The translations under genes and the position numbers were made by a program. The notes beneath the pieces are model-generated. The model saw nothing but the letters and a program-made list of their open reading frames with translations. It was not told where the DNA came from and searched no databases. A stretch of 64,000 nucleotides of DNA from Bdellovibrio sp. (lineage in GTDB: Bacteria > Myxococcota > SpSt-1050): contig DYEF01000046.1 in NCBI GenBank assembly GCA_020725805.1, positions 36,573-100,572 on the forward strand, read 5' to 3'. Each line of letters starts with the position of its first letter. Position 1 is the stretch's first letter. Below are positions 18,148 to 28,231 of the stretch, piece after piece.

Positions 18148-19527
18148 TCAGTTGTTTTTAAAGAGTAGTGAAAAAAGAACCTTTTTTATCTGCCTTGGTC
18201 TGAGGTAAAACTTTAAATGGGCCAGAAACAAATTCCTGACGAGTTCTTTACTGCTCTGAAATCTGTTAATATTAACAAGTCCGTCCGGATGTGTAGTGAA
18301 AGTAAGATAATTGTTCCAGTCGGGTCGTTTGAGTCTTCCGCTTTTGTAATATTCATCGAAGAGAGGAGAGCCTGGCAACGGAACCGTGATCGCAAACTTT
18401 GCAAAGTCAAGATTGAGTTCGCAGGCATATTTTATGGTTTTCACAGTGTCCTCTTTTGTCTCATTAGGCAATCCGATCATAAAAAGCCCCGCTGCTTCTA
18501 TGCCCTCGTCTTTGATAATCCTGCATGCCTCCTTGCCCTTATTCACAGACGTGTTTTTATTGATATCGTTTAGTAATTTGTCTACTCCTGATTCAAAACC
18601 AAGGTATATTCTTGCACATCCGGCTTTTTTTACCAGTCTTATCAGGTCTTTTTCAACATAATCTGTTCTCATTCCGCAGACCCATTTTATTTTTTTATGA
18701 ATGTTACGGCTTATGAATTTTTCCAGTAGTTCTATAGTGTATTTCTTGTTTATTCCGAAGTTTGGCTCCAGAAACCATATATGGTCTATTCCAAAGTCTT
18801 TTATGAGATATTCAATTTCTTCAATAATGTTTTCTGGCGATCTGTAACGAGGTATTCGTGCGTATTTGTCAAAGGAACAGAAGCTGCATTTATAGGGGCA
18901 GCCTCTGGCATTGAACATCGGCACGCCTCTTGCGCCCAGTTTCACAAGGGCATTCATATCGTATTTTAATGGATTAATCAGAGACCAGTCCGTAAATGGA
19001 AGTGCGTCGAGGTCCATTGGCGGAATTCCTCTCCGAGTACTTATACACTTCCCCTTTTCGAAATATGAAATGGAAAAAAGGGATGCCGGGTTTGATTTGC
19101 TTCCGGTTATGTCGATTAATCTAATTATTGTCTCTTCACCTTCTCCGTGTACAACATAGTCACATAGTCCTTCACATATCCATTTTTCAGCCATAAAGCT
19201 CGAATGAAGGTTTCCGGTAATAATTATTGTATTTTTAGATACCTGCCTCGTTCCGATACATATTTGTTCTGCGATCCGGGCGGCTGGGGTCAAGACGCCG
19301 ATTGCCAGAAAATCTGGTTGTCTTTTTTTTATTATTTGAATTACCTGATTTACGTTTAATTTCTGATATTCCATATCTATTAACTCAACATTGTGCCCCT
19401 TATTCTTTACAGCAGAAGCAACATGCAAAAGGCTTATTGGGTGAAAAGGTTTATAAAAGTATTTAAAAATACCGTATTTTTCTATATCTATTGACGGGTT
19501 GATAAAAAGAAAATTACAGCCTGCCAT
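18148..19527 (-). CDS. B12-binding-domain radical SAM protein (paralog D)
   Basis: ITGNLHSS, VHGEGEETIIRL, FNARGCPYKCSFCSF. C-terminus DFAKFAITVPLPGSPLFD is like paralog B. Lies in an AT-rich segment. Confidence 0.9.
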   Translation of the reverse strand: MAGCNFLFINPSIDIEKYGIFKYFYKPFHPISLLHVASAVKNKGHNVELIDMEYQKLNVNQVIQIIKKRQPDFLAIGVLTPAARIAEQICIGTRQVSKNTIIITGNLHSSFMAEKWICEGLCDYVVHGEGEETIIRLIDITGSKSNPASLFSISYFEKGKCISTRRGIPPMDLDALPFTDWSLINPLKYDMNALVKLGARGVPMFNARGCPYKCSFCSFDKYARIPRYRSPENIIEEIEYLIKDFGIDHIWFLEPNFGINKKYTIELLEKFISRNIHKKIKWVCGMRTDYVEKDLIRLVKKAGCARIYLGFESGVDKLLNDINKNTSVNKGKEACRIIKDEGIEAAGLFMIGLPNETKEDTVKTIKYACELNLDFAKFAITVPLPGSPLFDEYYKSGRLKRPDWNNYLTFTTHPDGLVNINRFQSSKELVRNLFLAHLKFYLRPRQIKKVLFSLLFKNN

Positions 19528-19530
19528 CGT

Positions 19531-20928
19531 TTATTCTCGTGCTCTTCCAAGTGCTATTTGTGAAATCAGTTTTCCGCCCTGCAGAAGTCCTCGTGCCGGT
19601 GTGTCTCTCAATATTCTATATATTTGTCTTGGCCTCAGATAATATACAGGACCGGTAAACCGCTGAAGTACGTTCAGAATGCTGTCCGGTATGTTACTTA
19701 AATTTACATCAATATTGTGGTAATGGAGATCACTTTTAAGAGATGTCATAATTATTCTTTTCTGTTCATCTGAGAGTATTTCAAACAATTCGGAACCTAT
19801 GTGAGGTACAACCCTTAAAAAACTAGCATAGGTAATCGGAAGTCCGAAAGCAAATCTGATAGATTTTATCAATTCGTTTAGTGTCTCTGTCGGAAGTCCG
19901 AAAAGAAATGTTGTGATAATAGGGATATTATATCTTGACAGATATCTGATATTATTTTCGGCTTTTTCAAGGTTGATATTCTTTTTTAAAAGATTCTGCA
20001 ATCTTTGGGAGGCTGTTTCAATAGCTACGGAGAGAAATCTTGTATTGTTACAACCTATAAAATCCATAAATTTTTCAGACATAATATCTACACGAAAGCC
20101 GTTGGGATAGGAAAATTTAATATCTCTGTTTATTCTTCGGATTCCTGATATAATTTTCATTGCTCTTTCTTCGTCAATATTGAATATGTCATCTGAAAAA
20201 TCAATCCACTCAAAATTGTATTTTCTTTGAAACTTCTCGAAAGACGAAAGTATTTTTTCTATTGGTATAAACCTGACCTTTCTTCCAAACAAGTGATGGC
20301 AATATATACAACTGTAGGGACAGCCCCTTGTGGTTATGGCATAATAGGTCTTTCTTGGTCCCAGCATCACATGAGAAAATCTTTTGAAATATTCAGGAAG
20401 TCTCAGAAAATCGAAATCGGGTATTTGTATTTCTTCTTCATGAACGACCTGGGGTTCGTTTATCCTTATCTCATCTTTGCTTCTAAAGATTAGAGAGGGG
20501 ACATCGCTGGGACTTCCTCCCCGGGAAACATATTCTAAAAGTTTAAGAAAACCGATTTCACCATCTTTATATATTACATAATCAACGGAATCGTTTTCAA
20601 GAACCATATCCATAAGAGACGAAGGGCCGGCCCCTCCCATAACTATCGGGACTCCGGGCAGGATCTGTTTTAATCTTTTAGCAATTTCGATTGCAAGATA
20701 AAAATGCCGCAGCAAGGTTGAAATTCCTATTAAAATCGGCTTTATGCCGGAATATTTTGTTTTAATAAACTCATCCAGATTATTATCGAGACAGTAATCA
20801 AAAAGATCAAAATCAAATTCTGTGCTTCTCTCTTTGACATATTCTACCAGTGAACCTATGCCAAGCGGAGGAAATACCGTCAGGGCGTTTTTATGATATA
20901 CTCTTATCAATAATACTTTTTTTGTCAT
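19531..20928 (-). CDS. B12-binding-domain radical SAM protein (paralog E)
   Basis: ITTRGCPYSCIYCHHLFGRKVRF and SYPNGFRVD motifs are shared with paralogs G, J and K. AT-rich segment. Confidence 0.9.
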   Translation of the reverse strand: MTKKVLLIRVYHKNALTVFPPLGIGSLVEYVKERSTEFDFDLFDYCLDNNLDEFIKTKYSGIKPILIGISTLLRHFYLAIEIAKRLKQILPGVPIVMGGAGPSSLMDMVLENDSVDYVIYKDGEIGFLKLLEYVSRGGSPSDVPSLIFRSKDEIRINEPQVVHEEEIQIPDFDFLRLPEYFKRFSHVMLGPRKTYYAITTRGCPYSCIYCHHLFGRKVRFIPIEKILSSFEKFQRKYNFEWIDFSDDIFNIDEERAMKIISGIRRINRDIKFSYPNGFRVDIMSEKFMDFIGCNNTRFLSVAIETASQRLQNLLKKNINLEKAENNIRYLSRYNIPIITTFLFGLPTETLNELIKSIRFAFGLPITYASFLRVVPHIGSELFEILSDEQKRIIMTSLKSDLHYHNIDVNLSNIPDSILNVLQRFTGPVYYLRPRQIYRILRDTPARGLLQGGKLISQIALGRARE

Positions 20929-21059
20929 GGGGAGACTGTCTTAAAAAATAAATACATATCAAAAAATATAAAATCCGATTAACGCAATGTCATATTTTAT
21001 ATTAAACGATAAATGAATTTTATGCAATAATTTCATTAAAATTTTTTGTTTTCTTTGGG

Positions 21060-21575
21060 TTAGCCTGTTGAGGTTATGCAAAAATTTACAGATAGTTCTT
21101 CCGTAACCAGGTAAACCCTCTTTTCCGATAATTGCTTGCACGGTTTTAACGATGGTATTTCCCCTTCTCCGTCAATTACAAAATCGATAAAGTGAAATAT
21201 TGACAAAATCTCTTTTTTGAAAACCGATGCTGTTATACCACCAAGCACCACAACGGAATCGGGATAACCCTCTTTTATGGTTTTTGCCAGCTCAATTACA
21301 TCGCAGATCTGGTAATGCCCCATAAGGGATAATCCATATATCCTTGCCCTGCAGTCTCTGAGAATTTCTTTGTTTTCAATACCTGTGTTTTTAAGTCTCA
21401 TTAAACCCGTATGGAGTATCTTTGTCCTGAACCCGTTCTTTGTAAGTATGTCTGCAATTGAAAATAGTCCCGTTGGTATGATGTTGATAAATTCCGTTTT
21501 ACCAAGAGGATGGAAGTAATGATTAAGTTTGGGCGTATGAATCAGAACACAATCATATGTCCATTTGTTATCCAT
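21060..21575 (-). pseudogene. Remnant of a B12-binding radical SAM gene (B12 domain only, radical SAM core deleted)
   Basis: The 171-aa ORF has the B12-domain landmarks (VVLGGITASVF, VIDGEGEIPSLK) but ends about 25 aa later with no CxxxCxxC. Only about 130 nt remain before the next gene. Flanked by AT-rich non-coding DNA (20929-21059 and 21576-21655). Confidence 0.6.
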
Positions 21576-21655
21576 ATAGTCAAAATTTAATATACCAATT
21601 TTATGTTAAATTTATCTTTTGTACAATACAGTATTAATTTTTTATTAAGAGATGC

Positions 21656-23065
21656 TCAGTAGGGAACATTTCTGAAGGCAGAGAGACGAAGAACGTTGAC
21701 TGCATTTCTGAAAAGGGAGATATAATTCGGTACATCTCTCAGGTTCATCAGAATTCTTGAAGGCTTCAGGTAGAATCTCCTTATTGCAGTCTTTTTCAGG
21801 TCCATTAGCTTTTTCTCCGATACTTCACACAGACTTATCGGCTCGCTGTAAAATGTGTCGTACTTAAAGAGTCTGTCGAATATTATATCTCTCTCATACT
21901 TTTCTGTTGCCACCCCGAAAAACTCTGTATCGGGATAGGGTGTTACAAAAGATACGCTTGCAGTGTGAAGCGGAAGGGAATCCATAAGTCCGATTGTTTC
22001 CGATATATCTGCCTCTGTCTCGGTCGGAAAACCGAACATAAAGAACCCGCCTATTAGTCGGGATATCTCCTTTATTTTATATGTATTTTCCGTGGTTTTT
22101 CCTATATCCATATTTTTTCCTGTGATATCGAGTATTCTCTGAACAGCACTCTCAAAGGCAATATTTATTCGGAAGAATCGGAGTTCCTTCATCAAAAGGA
22201 GCAGTTCATCGGAAAAGAGGTCTCCCCTTACACCGGACGGTATTGCAAAGATTATCTCCCCTTTAAAACCCTGAAGTTTCTGAAATAACTCGGATGCCTT
22301 TCTGTTGTCTGCATTTATTGTATCATCTAAAAAGTCAATCTCTCTTATGCCGAAATTCTTCCTGACGTACCTGATCTCTTCGATGATCCTTTCTGGGCTG
22401 AAATATCGAATCCTCTTCCCGAAGATATTGTGGCAGAATTTACAGCCGAATGGACACCCCCTTGAATACATAAGAGGGTATGTTCTGTCTGTCGCTGTCA
22501 CAAGATTAAAGGCGGTTCCGAAATATCTGAAATACTCTTCTATCTTTATGAGCGAAAAATCCGGCACAGGCAGTGTGTCAAGATTCTCTATGAGTTCCGG
22601 CTGTCCCGTTTCGATAATCTCCTCCCCTTTTCTGTAGATTATTCCCCTGACACCCGACGGCTCGGCATTTTCATCAATATGTCTTATAAGTTCCGGTGTG
22701 CTCTTCTCTCCCTCGCCGACGACGCCGTAATCGATGTAAGGATTCTGTTCGAATTCTATTCTTTTGAATGATGATATATGAGGTCCTCCGAGTATTATTC
22801 TTTTCTCCGGATACGACATTTTTATCTTCTTTGTAAGGGAGCGCATATACATAGTCTCGCTCGTCATATTTGTAATACCGACGATATCCGGATTGAACTC
22901 CGCAATAAGGCTCATCAGTCTCTTTTCACCGGTTCTGTTTATATGGGCGTCGATTACAGATACATTGTGTCCGTTCTTCTTCAGTATTGTTCCGATATAC
23001 AGTAATCCGATCGGCAACGGGGCGATCGGTGTGTTGGTAAAAGGCTTTACAAGTAAAATTCTCAT
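21656..23065 (-). CDS. B12-binding-domain radical SAM protein (paralog G)
   Basis: MRILLVKPF, ILGGPHIS, VVGEGEKSTPEL, MYSRGCPFGCKFCHNIFGKRIRY, AIPSGVRGD. Confidence 0.9.
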   Translation of the reverse strand: MRILLVKPFTNTPIAPLPIGLLYIGTILKKNGHNVSVIDAHINRTGEKRLMSLIAEFNPDIVGITNMTSETMYMRSLTKKIKMSYPEKRIILGGPHISSFKRIEFEQNPYIDYGVVGEGEKSTPELIRHIDENAEPSGVRGIIYRKGEEIIETGQPELIENLDTLPVPDFSLIKIEEYFRYFGTAFNLVTATDRTYPLMYSRGCPFGCKFCHNIFGKRIRYFSPERIIEEIRYVRKNFGIREIDFLDDTINADNRKASELFQKLQGFKGEIIFAIPSGVRGDLFSDELLLLMKELRFFRINIAFESAVQRILDITGKNMDIGKTTENTYKIKEISRLIGGFFMFGFPTETEADISETIGLMDSLPLHTASVSFVTPYPDTEFFGVATEKYERDIIFDRLFKYDTFYSEPISLCEVSEKKLMDLKKTAIRRFYLKPSRILMNLRDVPNYISLFRNAVNVLRLSAFRNVPY

Positions 23066-23111
23066 TTAACAGACATTAATACATTGCAGAGATTATATCA
23101 AATAATAAATC

Positions 23112-24575
23112 CTATTCTTCCCATTTTGCCTTCATACATTCGTCTGTCGGCTTTATCTCGAATACTCCGCATCCTGAAACAACGATTATTTTTCCGGTAA
23201 CAGGGTCTTTGCCGATTCCTCGGGGTCTGGGACCTACCATGATATGTTTCAGGATAATATTTCTTTTTGTGTCGATTATCGTTACATTCCTTTCCGAATA
23301 ATTGGATACATATAGCAGAGAGGCGGTATCGTCATAGATGAGCCACCTCGGCCCTTTGCCGGAATAAAAAGATGTAATCCTGAAAGGGTCATCAAAACCG
23401 ATACGTTCGACGCGGTTTAGCAGAAAATTAGAAAAGAATATCTGTCTGCTCTCTGTTGATGAATATATTTCATGAAAGAATGACGGGTAGAATTTTTTAT
23501 CTGCGACTGTATAATAGTCTTCCCTGCCATTTCTGGCCAGTTTGTAAATGCCGAGTTCAGTAAGCAGAACAAGTGAGTCTTTACCGGTTCTGTGCCAGCG
23601 TAAATACGCACCTGTAATCTTATCGTAATCAATGTTGAGATAACCTTTGTATCTGTAATCCCGGGTATCGTATCTTACGATCCTTTTACCGTGTCCGGCA
23701 CCAAGCCAGTATTCGTTTATGTCGTATTCAGTAGTTACGAATCCGTCATCAAAGTCGAATATATCTTTCCACGGGAGTGAGGATTTATGGATTATCTGCA
23801 TATCCGAGGCCCTCATTACAAACATCTCTTCGTAGTGATTTGCAAATACTATTTCATCCTTGAGGGTGTTGTATGTGATATTGGCGGTAAAGCTGTATTC
23901 AGCCGGCAGTCCGGATTCGGTAATATCCCCGTTCCCGTTTATGGAGTAGATTCCGTTCATCCTGTCGAAAACCACGACATCGGAATTTTTACTGACTGCG
24001 AAATTATATGGCCGGCCGATTCGGAATTTTACAGGATTTATACACCTGTTTTCCGATATGTTTCTTATATCCTCGTTTGAGCACATATCTGTCAGGGCAT
24101 ATTTTATCCTGAAGTACTTTTCTCCGGGGTTGTAGTGGTCCATCCCGAAGATATAGCTCGATGCAGAAAAGGAGATGAAGGATATGATAAGCATTGAGAG
24201 AAATACGGCAAGTCTTTGTCCCCTGCTTTGCCGCAGGAATATATATGCTGAGAATATCAAGATGAGAAACTGAATTACGGTAAAGAAAAGGTTTACCGAA
24301 TATGTGATCACGGCATTTACTATGGAAATGGATACAATGTTTATTGCGGTAAGAAAAGCAGATAAATACCTCTTTTCTGTGACAAAGTAATCCAGAATGA
24401 AGGTCAGAATCGGGGATACCGCTATTATATTGAGAACGACAAAGAGCGTTGTGCTGAGATATCCTCTGAATTCGTACAGATATAGGAATTTGTAATAGAC
24501 AAAATTTACAAGGAATATATATCCGAGCAGGGTGTGGAATAAGGATATAATCAGTGAATAAATCTTACTTTTCAT
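23112..24575 (-). CDS. Polytopic membrane protein with C-terminal beta-propeller-like domain (paralog 2)
   Basis: Same architecture and C-terminal motif as the 16597-18078 product. Start overlaps the upstream GT-C gene by 11 nt. Confidence 0.55.
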   Translation of the reverse strand: MKSKIYSLIISLFHTLLGYIFLVNFVYYKFLYLYEFRGYLSTTLFVVLNIIAVSPILTFILDYFVTEKRYLSAFLTAINIVSISIVNAVITYSVNLFFTVIQFLILIFSAYIFLRQSRGQRLAVFLSMLIISFISFSASSYIFGMDHYNPGEKYFRIKYALTDMCSNEDIRNISENRCINPVKFRIGRPYNFAVSKNSDVVVFDRMNGIYSINGNGDITESGLPAEYSFTANITYNTLKDEIVFANHYEEMFVMRASDMQIIHKSSLPWKDIFDFDDGFVTTEYDINEYWLGAGHGKRIVRYDTRDYRYKGYLNIDYDKITGAYLRWHRTGKDSLVLLTELGIYKLARNGREDYYTVADKKFYPSFFHEIYSSTESRQIFFSNFLLNRVERIGFDDPFRITSFYSGKGPRWLIYDDTASLLYVSNYSERNVTIIDTKRNIILKHIMVGPRPRGIGKDPVTGKIIVVSGCGVFEIKPTDECMKAKWEE

Positions 24576-26076
24576 ATCTGATAATCTCGTACTGCGAATC
24601 CTGATAAAGGTATTCGTTTTTATTGTAAAAGCTTTCGAAGAATCTGTATATCATCTTTTCCCGGTCGACCATCAGTTCCGACAGGGGTTTATTGTTCAGA
24701 AAAAGTATTCTTTCATACTTATTTGATAGTCTGGATATGAATTCGAGACAGGTCCCGTCCGGATTAACGAATGACGAACAGGTTGAGCCCTGTGTGTTGG
24801 ATACATCTGCACAGACCGAGTAAAAATCATCAAGTCCGTAAGTTTTAATGAGATATGCAAGTATTGGAGGATGAATTACTATAGCCGTATTGGCGTCCTT
24901 CTTCTCTCTCAGAATATCCGTAACCGGGTTCATATCCTTTGACTTTACCGGATGTCTGTTTGCAACTATTGCAGACGAGGATAAGATCATCAGTACAAAA
25001 ACAGTCAGAGTCAGGGCCTTTCCTGCCTTAGTATGGATGATTCTTTCTGTCCCGCAGGATAAGAGTATCAGAAACGGAATCATCGATGAGATGAACATTC
25101 TGGGATAATATATGTATCCGTCGCCTTTTAGGCTTAGTATAAGTGAAAGGATAAACGGTCCGGTACCGGTTATCAGAAGGAATGTGCAGAATCTGTCCGG
25201 TCTCTCTTTCAGTATTTTATAGATACTGAAGAGTATCATAGGTGTGCTTATTGCGGCAAGCAGGAAGAGAATGGTTTTGGGCCAGAAGAACCAGTTTCCG
25301 TTGCAGACGAAGAATAGTATGTCCTGAACAGTTCCCAAAAGACTGAACTTGAAAATATTACTGACATTTGGTGCCCAGCATCTTTTTATCTGATGGAACT
25401 GATACAGAAATGTAAAGAGCCACGGCAGGAGCACAAGCAATGTAGTAGCAGAAGCGGCAGATACTCTGAATAAATATCTTTTTAAGTTATTTCTTTCATA
25501 CAGTACGAAGGCAAGACCCGTGAAAGCCAGCAGGATAAAATAGACGGTGTGATATGACCAGTAGAATAACAGAGCATTGAGTAATCCGAATAGTATCAGA
25601 TGGTAATCCCTGTATTCATTTATTATTCTCAGAACCACCACTACTATAAGAGAGACAATAAAGAATTCGAAGATATACGGTTTGGCAAAGCGTGAATAAA
25701 AGAAGAGAAGGGGGTTGATTGCAATAAGCAGCAGTAATAATCTGTATGTTCCGTTGGTCAAATATTTTTTTACAGAAAAGATAACCACGAGGAAAGCAGC
25801 GATAAAGGCAAAAAGAGAGAAATATCTCATTGAATAGAGAACGTTCAGGTTGAGCTTCTTGAATATGTTTGCAGCATAAAAAGAGACAGGTGGGTCGGGG
25901 GTCACTCTTACGACCTGGTCGAGAAGGTATTTCGGATGTGCCATACTAAGCTGGACGAAGAGGGCTTCGTCTACATCGGGACTTGTCTGCCGTATGTTGT
26001 ACACTCTCAGTATAAGAAACAGAAAAATGAGTGAAAAAAGGAAATATTTTATTGTCTTTTCCCTGAAAGATTCCAT
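24565..26076 (-). CDS. GT-C fold membrane glycosyltransferase (ArnT/PMT, GT39/GT83-like)
   Basis: 503 aa with more than 10 TM segments. The first periplasmic loop carries PDVDEALFVQLS (the DE motif typical of ArnT/PMT-type enzymes). Immediately downstream of a polyprenyl-phosphate GT2. Confidence 0.6.
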   Translation of the reverse strand: MESFREKTIKYFLFSLIFLFLILRVYNIRQTSPDVDEALFVQLSMAHPKYLLDQVVRVTPDPPVSFYAANIFKKLNLNVLYSMRYFSLFAFIAAFLVVIFSVKKYLTNGTYRLLLLLIAINPLLFFYSRFAKPYIFEFFIVSLIVVVVLRIINEYRDYHLILFGLLNALLFYWSYHTVYFILLAFTGLAFVLYERNNLKRYLFRVSAASATTLLVLLPWLFTFLYQFHQIKRCWAPNVSNIFKFSLLGTVQDILFFVCNGNWFFWPKTILFLLAAISTPMILFSIYKILKERPDRFCTFLLITGTGPFILSLILSLKGDGYIYYPRMFISSMIPFLILLSCGTERIIHTKAGKALTLTVFVLMILSSSAIVANRHPVKSKDMNPVTDILREKKDANTAIVIHPPILAYLIKTYGLDDFYSVCADVSNTQGSTCSSFVNPDGTCLEFISRLSNKYERILFLNNKPLSELMVDREKMIYRFFESFYNKNEYLYQDSQYEIIRYEK

Positions 26077-26756
26077 CTTAGTTTTATGATATCACATATA
26101 ATTCTGAATATGTGTAAAATATTAAATGTCCGGGAATGTTCGAATACCCTTTTCCTGTGTACGATATCTGTCTGTCTTATCCTGATTCCGCTTTTGTGTG
26201 CCCTTATAACCTGCTCTGCCGATGAGAAGCCGCTGTCGCAGAGAGGAATTGTATCTTTAATCACGTCGTGTCTTATCAGTCTGAAGGCGCAGCCGAAATC
26301 GTAGGAGGGTATACCAAAGAGTATTCTGAGAAGCAGATTGTAGGTTCTGGTGACGACCTTCCTGATAAGACCATCTCTGTCCTTTCTTATGCCGGTATAG
26401 AAGTGTACCGATTCCTCGTAGATTGTGAGAAGATTGTCGATATTGGATATCGGATACTGCCCGTCTCCGTCGGTGTACAGAATCCAGTCACGGTCACAGG
26501 AGAGTAGTGCCGAACGGTGTGCCGCACCATAGCCGAGGTTTCTTTCGTGGGTAACGATTCTTATTGTATCGGGGTATTTTGTCTTCAGCTCTGTCAGTAC
26601 GTTTTTTGTGAATTCGTCAGAGCCGTCGTCAACTATGATTATGTCAAAGTCTTTGAAGTCGTATCGTCTGGCAACGGCAAAAATCTCCTCCGTCAGGGTT
26701 TTGATTATATATCCCTCATTATAACACAGCAGGGCAAAGGTTATATTATTTATCAT
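26049..26756 (-). CDS. Family 2 glycosyltransferase, polyprenyl-phosphate sugar synthase type (DPM1/ArnC/GtrB-like)
   Basis: ITFALLCYNEG, IIIVDDGSDEFT, LYTDGDGQY (DxD) motifs, about 235 aa. Confidence 0.8.
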   Translation of the reverse strand: MINNITFALLCYNEGYIIKTLTEEIFAVARRYDFKDFDIIIVDDGSDEFTKNVLTELKTKYPDTIRIVTHERNLGYGAAHRSALLSCDRDWILYTDGDGQYPISNIDNLLTIYEESVHFYTGIRKDRDGLIRKVVTRTYNLLLRILFGIPSYDFGCAFRLIRHDVIKDTIPLCDSGFSSAEQVIRAHKSGIRIRQTDIVHRKRVFEHSRTFNILHIFRIICDIIKLRWNLSGKRQ

Positions 26757-28231
26757 AATCCGAAATCTTTTATCGTCTTTTCCTTGAATTGTCTCACTGT
26801 TTCACTGACAATGTCGTTTTTGTTTTTTTGAAGCTTGTGTATAAACTCGACAAATGAATAAAAGTTCCAGTGTTTCATCGTATCGTAATATCCGTAGAGC
26901 ATATTTGCCAGATGGTCAGACGAATCCTTCCTGAAAATGTGCGGGTCGAGGGTAACGAGAAAATATGTCATGGATTTGACAAGGTCGAATTTTCTCTGGT
27001 CGGTAAACCTCAGCCAGTAGAAGTTTTCGGGAGAATTGTATTTGTCACTCATACGGGTAAATTTGCGGGGTTTCCAGTCGGAATAAAGAAGGATATCGGC
27101 AACCTTCTTTCTGGGAAGACGGATTCTCTCCTGAAAGGGGAAACCCGTAAGATAGAATCCATAGACATATATCCCGAGGTTATGGAGTGTCTGATATATC
27201 TCCGGGTATCTTTCGACATATTCGCTTCCAATGTGTTTTCCCATTTTGTCTATGTCTTCCGGATTGTCGGATTCGAGACCCACAAAGACCTTCCGCAGTC
27301 CCGCCTTTGCTGCCATTTTTATCAGTTCAGGGTATCTGATGACGTGGTCAGCCCTCAGGAAGGAACCAAACAGAATGTCATTGAAGCCGTTTTTCACGAG
27401 ATACTCGAAGATTCCGAAATCCCTTTCGGGTGATGCAAAAAAATTATCGTCTATTATTCCTATCTGTCTTATACCGAGCCTGTAAAGGTATTTTATCTCT
27501 TCTATGACTCTTTCAGATGATTTGATTCTCTGTCTGTTGCCCCAGTAGACGGGTATTGTGCAGAAGCTGCAGTTGTGTACACATCCGCGGGAAGTCTCTA
27601 TGGATGCAGTATAGCCTTTGTGGAATCTTGATAGATTATAATACCGGTAATCGGTCAGTTCGAACATCGGGAATGGCGTCTCATCCAGATTTTCAATGTT
27701 CTTTGTGCGGTCAACGAATTTGTTTTTATCCGCTGTCCTTTTAGACATCACACCGTCTATGTCGGTATCGGTTTCGTTGTTTACAAGATTTCTTATCAGC
27801 TTGGGAAAGCTCTTCTCTCCTTCTCGCAGAACTATGAAGTCGGCACCTCTTTTCAGCCAGTCTTCGGCAAAAAATGTAGCGTGATGTCCTCCGAGTATAA
27901 TGACAGATCTGGGGTTTATTCTTTTTATCAGTTCGATATTTACTTCGATATTCAGGGCAATGACATCAGCCATTGCATTTATACAGAAGATGTCGGAATT
28001 ACGGATGAGTTCCCTGTATTTTTCGTTGGTAATTTCTTCGAAGAGAAAATCCCTGATCTCTACTTCAATATCCGGTATGTCTCTTATTGATGCGGCCAGT
28101 AACGGATAGGTAACGTTGGGAATTCTTATAAAATACCGCGTAAAATCATCCGGCACCGGCCATGGTCTGTAGAGTACCTTTGGATTTAAGAACAGAATCC
28201 TTCTGATTTTTTTATTTGCAGTATTCTTCAA
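26753..28231 (-). CDS. B12-binding-domain radical SAM protein (paralog H)
   Basis: ILGGHHAT, VLREGEKSFPKL, IETSRGCVHNCSFCTI. ATGA overlap with the downstream GT2. Confidence 0.9.
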   Translation of the reverse strand: MKNTANKKIRRILFLNPKVLYRPWPVPDDFTRYFIRIPNVTYPLLAASIRDIPDIEVEIRDFLFEEITNEKYRELIRNSDIFCINAMADVIALNIEVNIELIKRINPRSVIILGGHHATFFAEDWLKRGADFIVLREGEKSFPKLIRNLVNNETDTDIDGVMSKRTADKNKFVDRTKNIENLDETPFPMFELTDYRYYNLSRFHKGYTASIETSRGCVHNCSFCTIPVYWGNRQRIKSSERVIEEIKYLYRLGIRQIGIIDDNFFASPERDFGIFEYLVKNGFNDILFGSFLRADHVIRYPELIKMAAKAGLRKVFVGLESDNPEDIDKMGKHIGSEYVERYPEIYQTLHNLGIYVYGFYLTGFPFQERIRLPRKKVADILLYSDWKPRKFTRMSDKYNSPENFYWLRFTDQRKFDLVKSMTYFLVTLDPHIFRKDSSDHLANMLYGYYDTMKHWNFYSFVEFIHKLQKNKNDIVSETVRQFKEKTIKDFGL

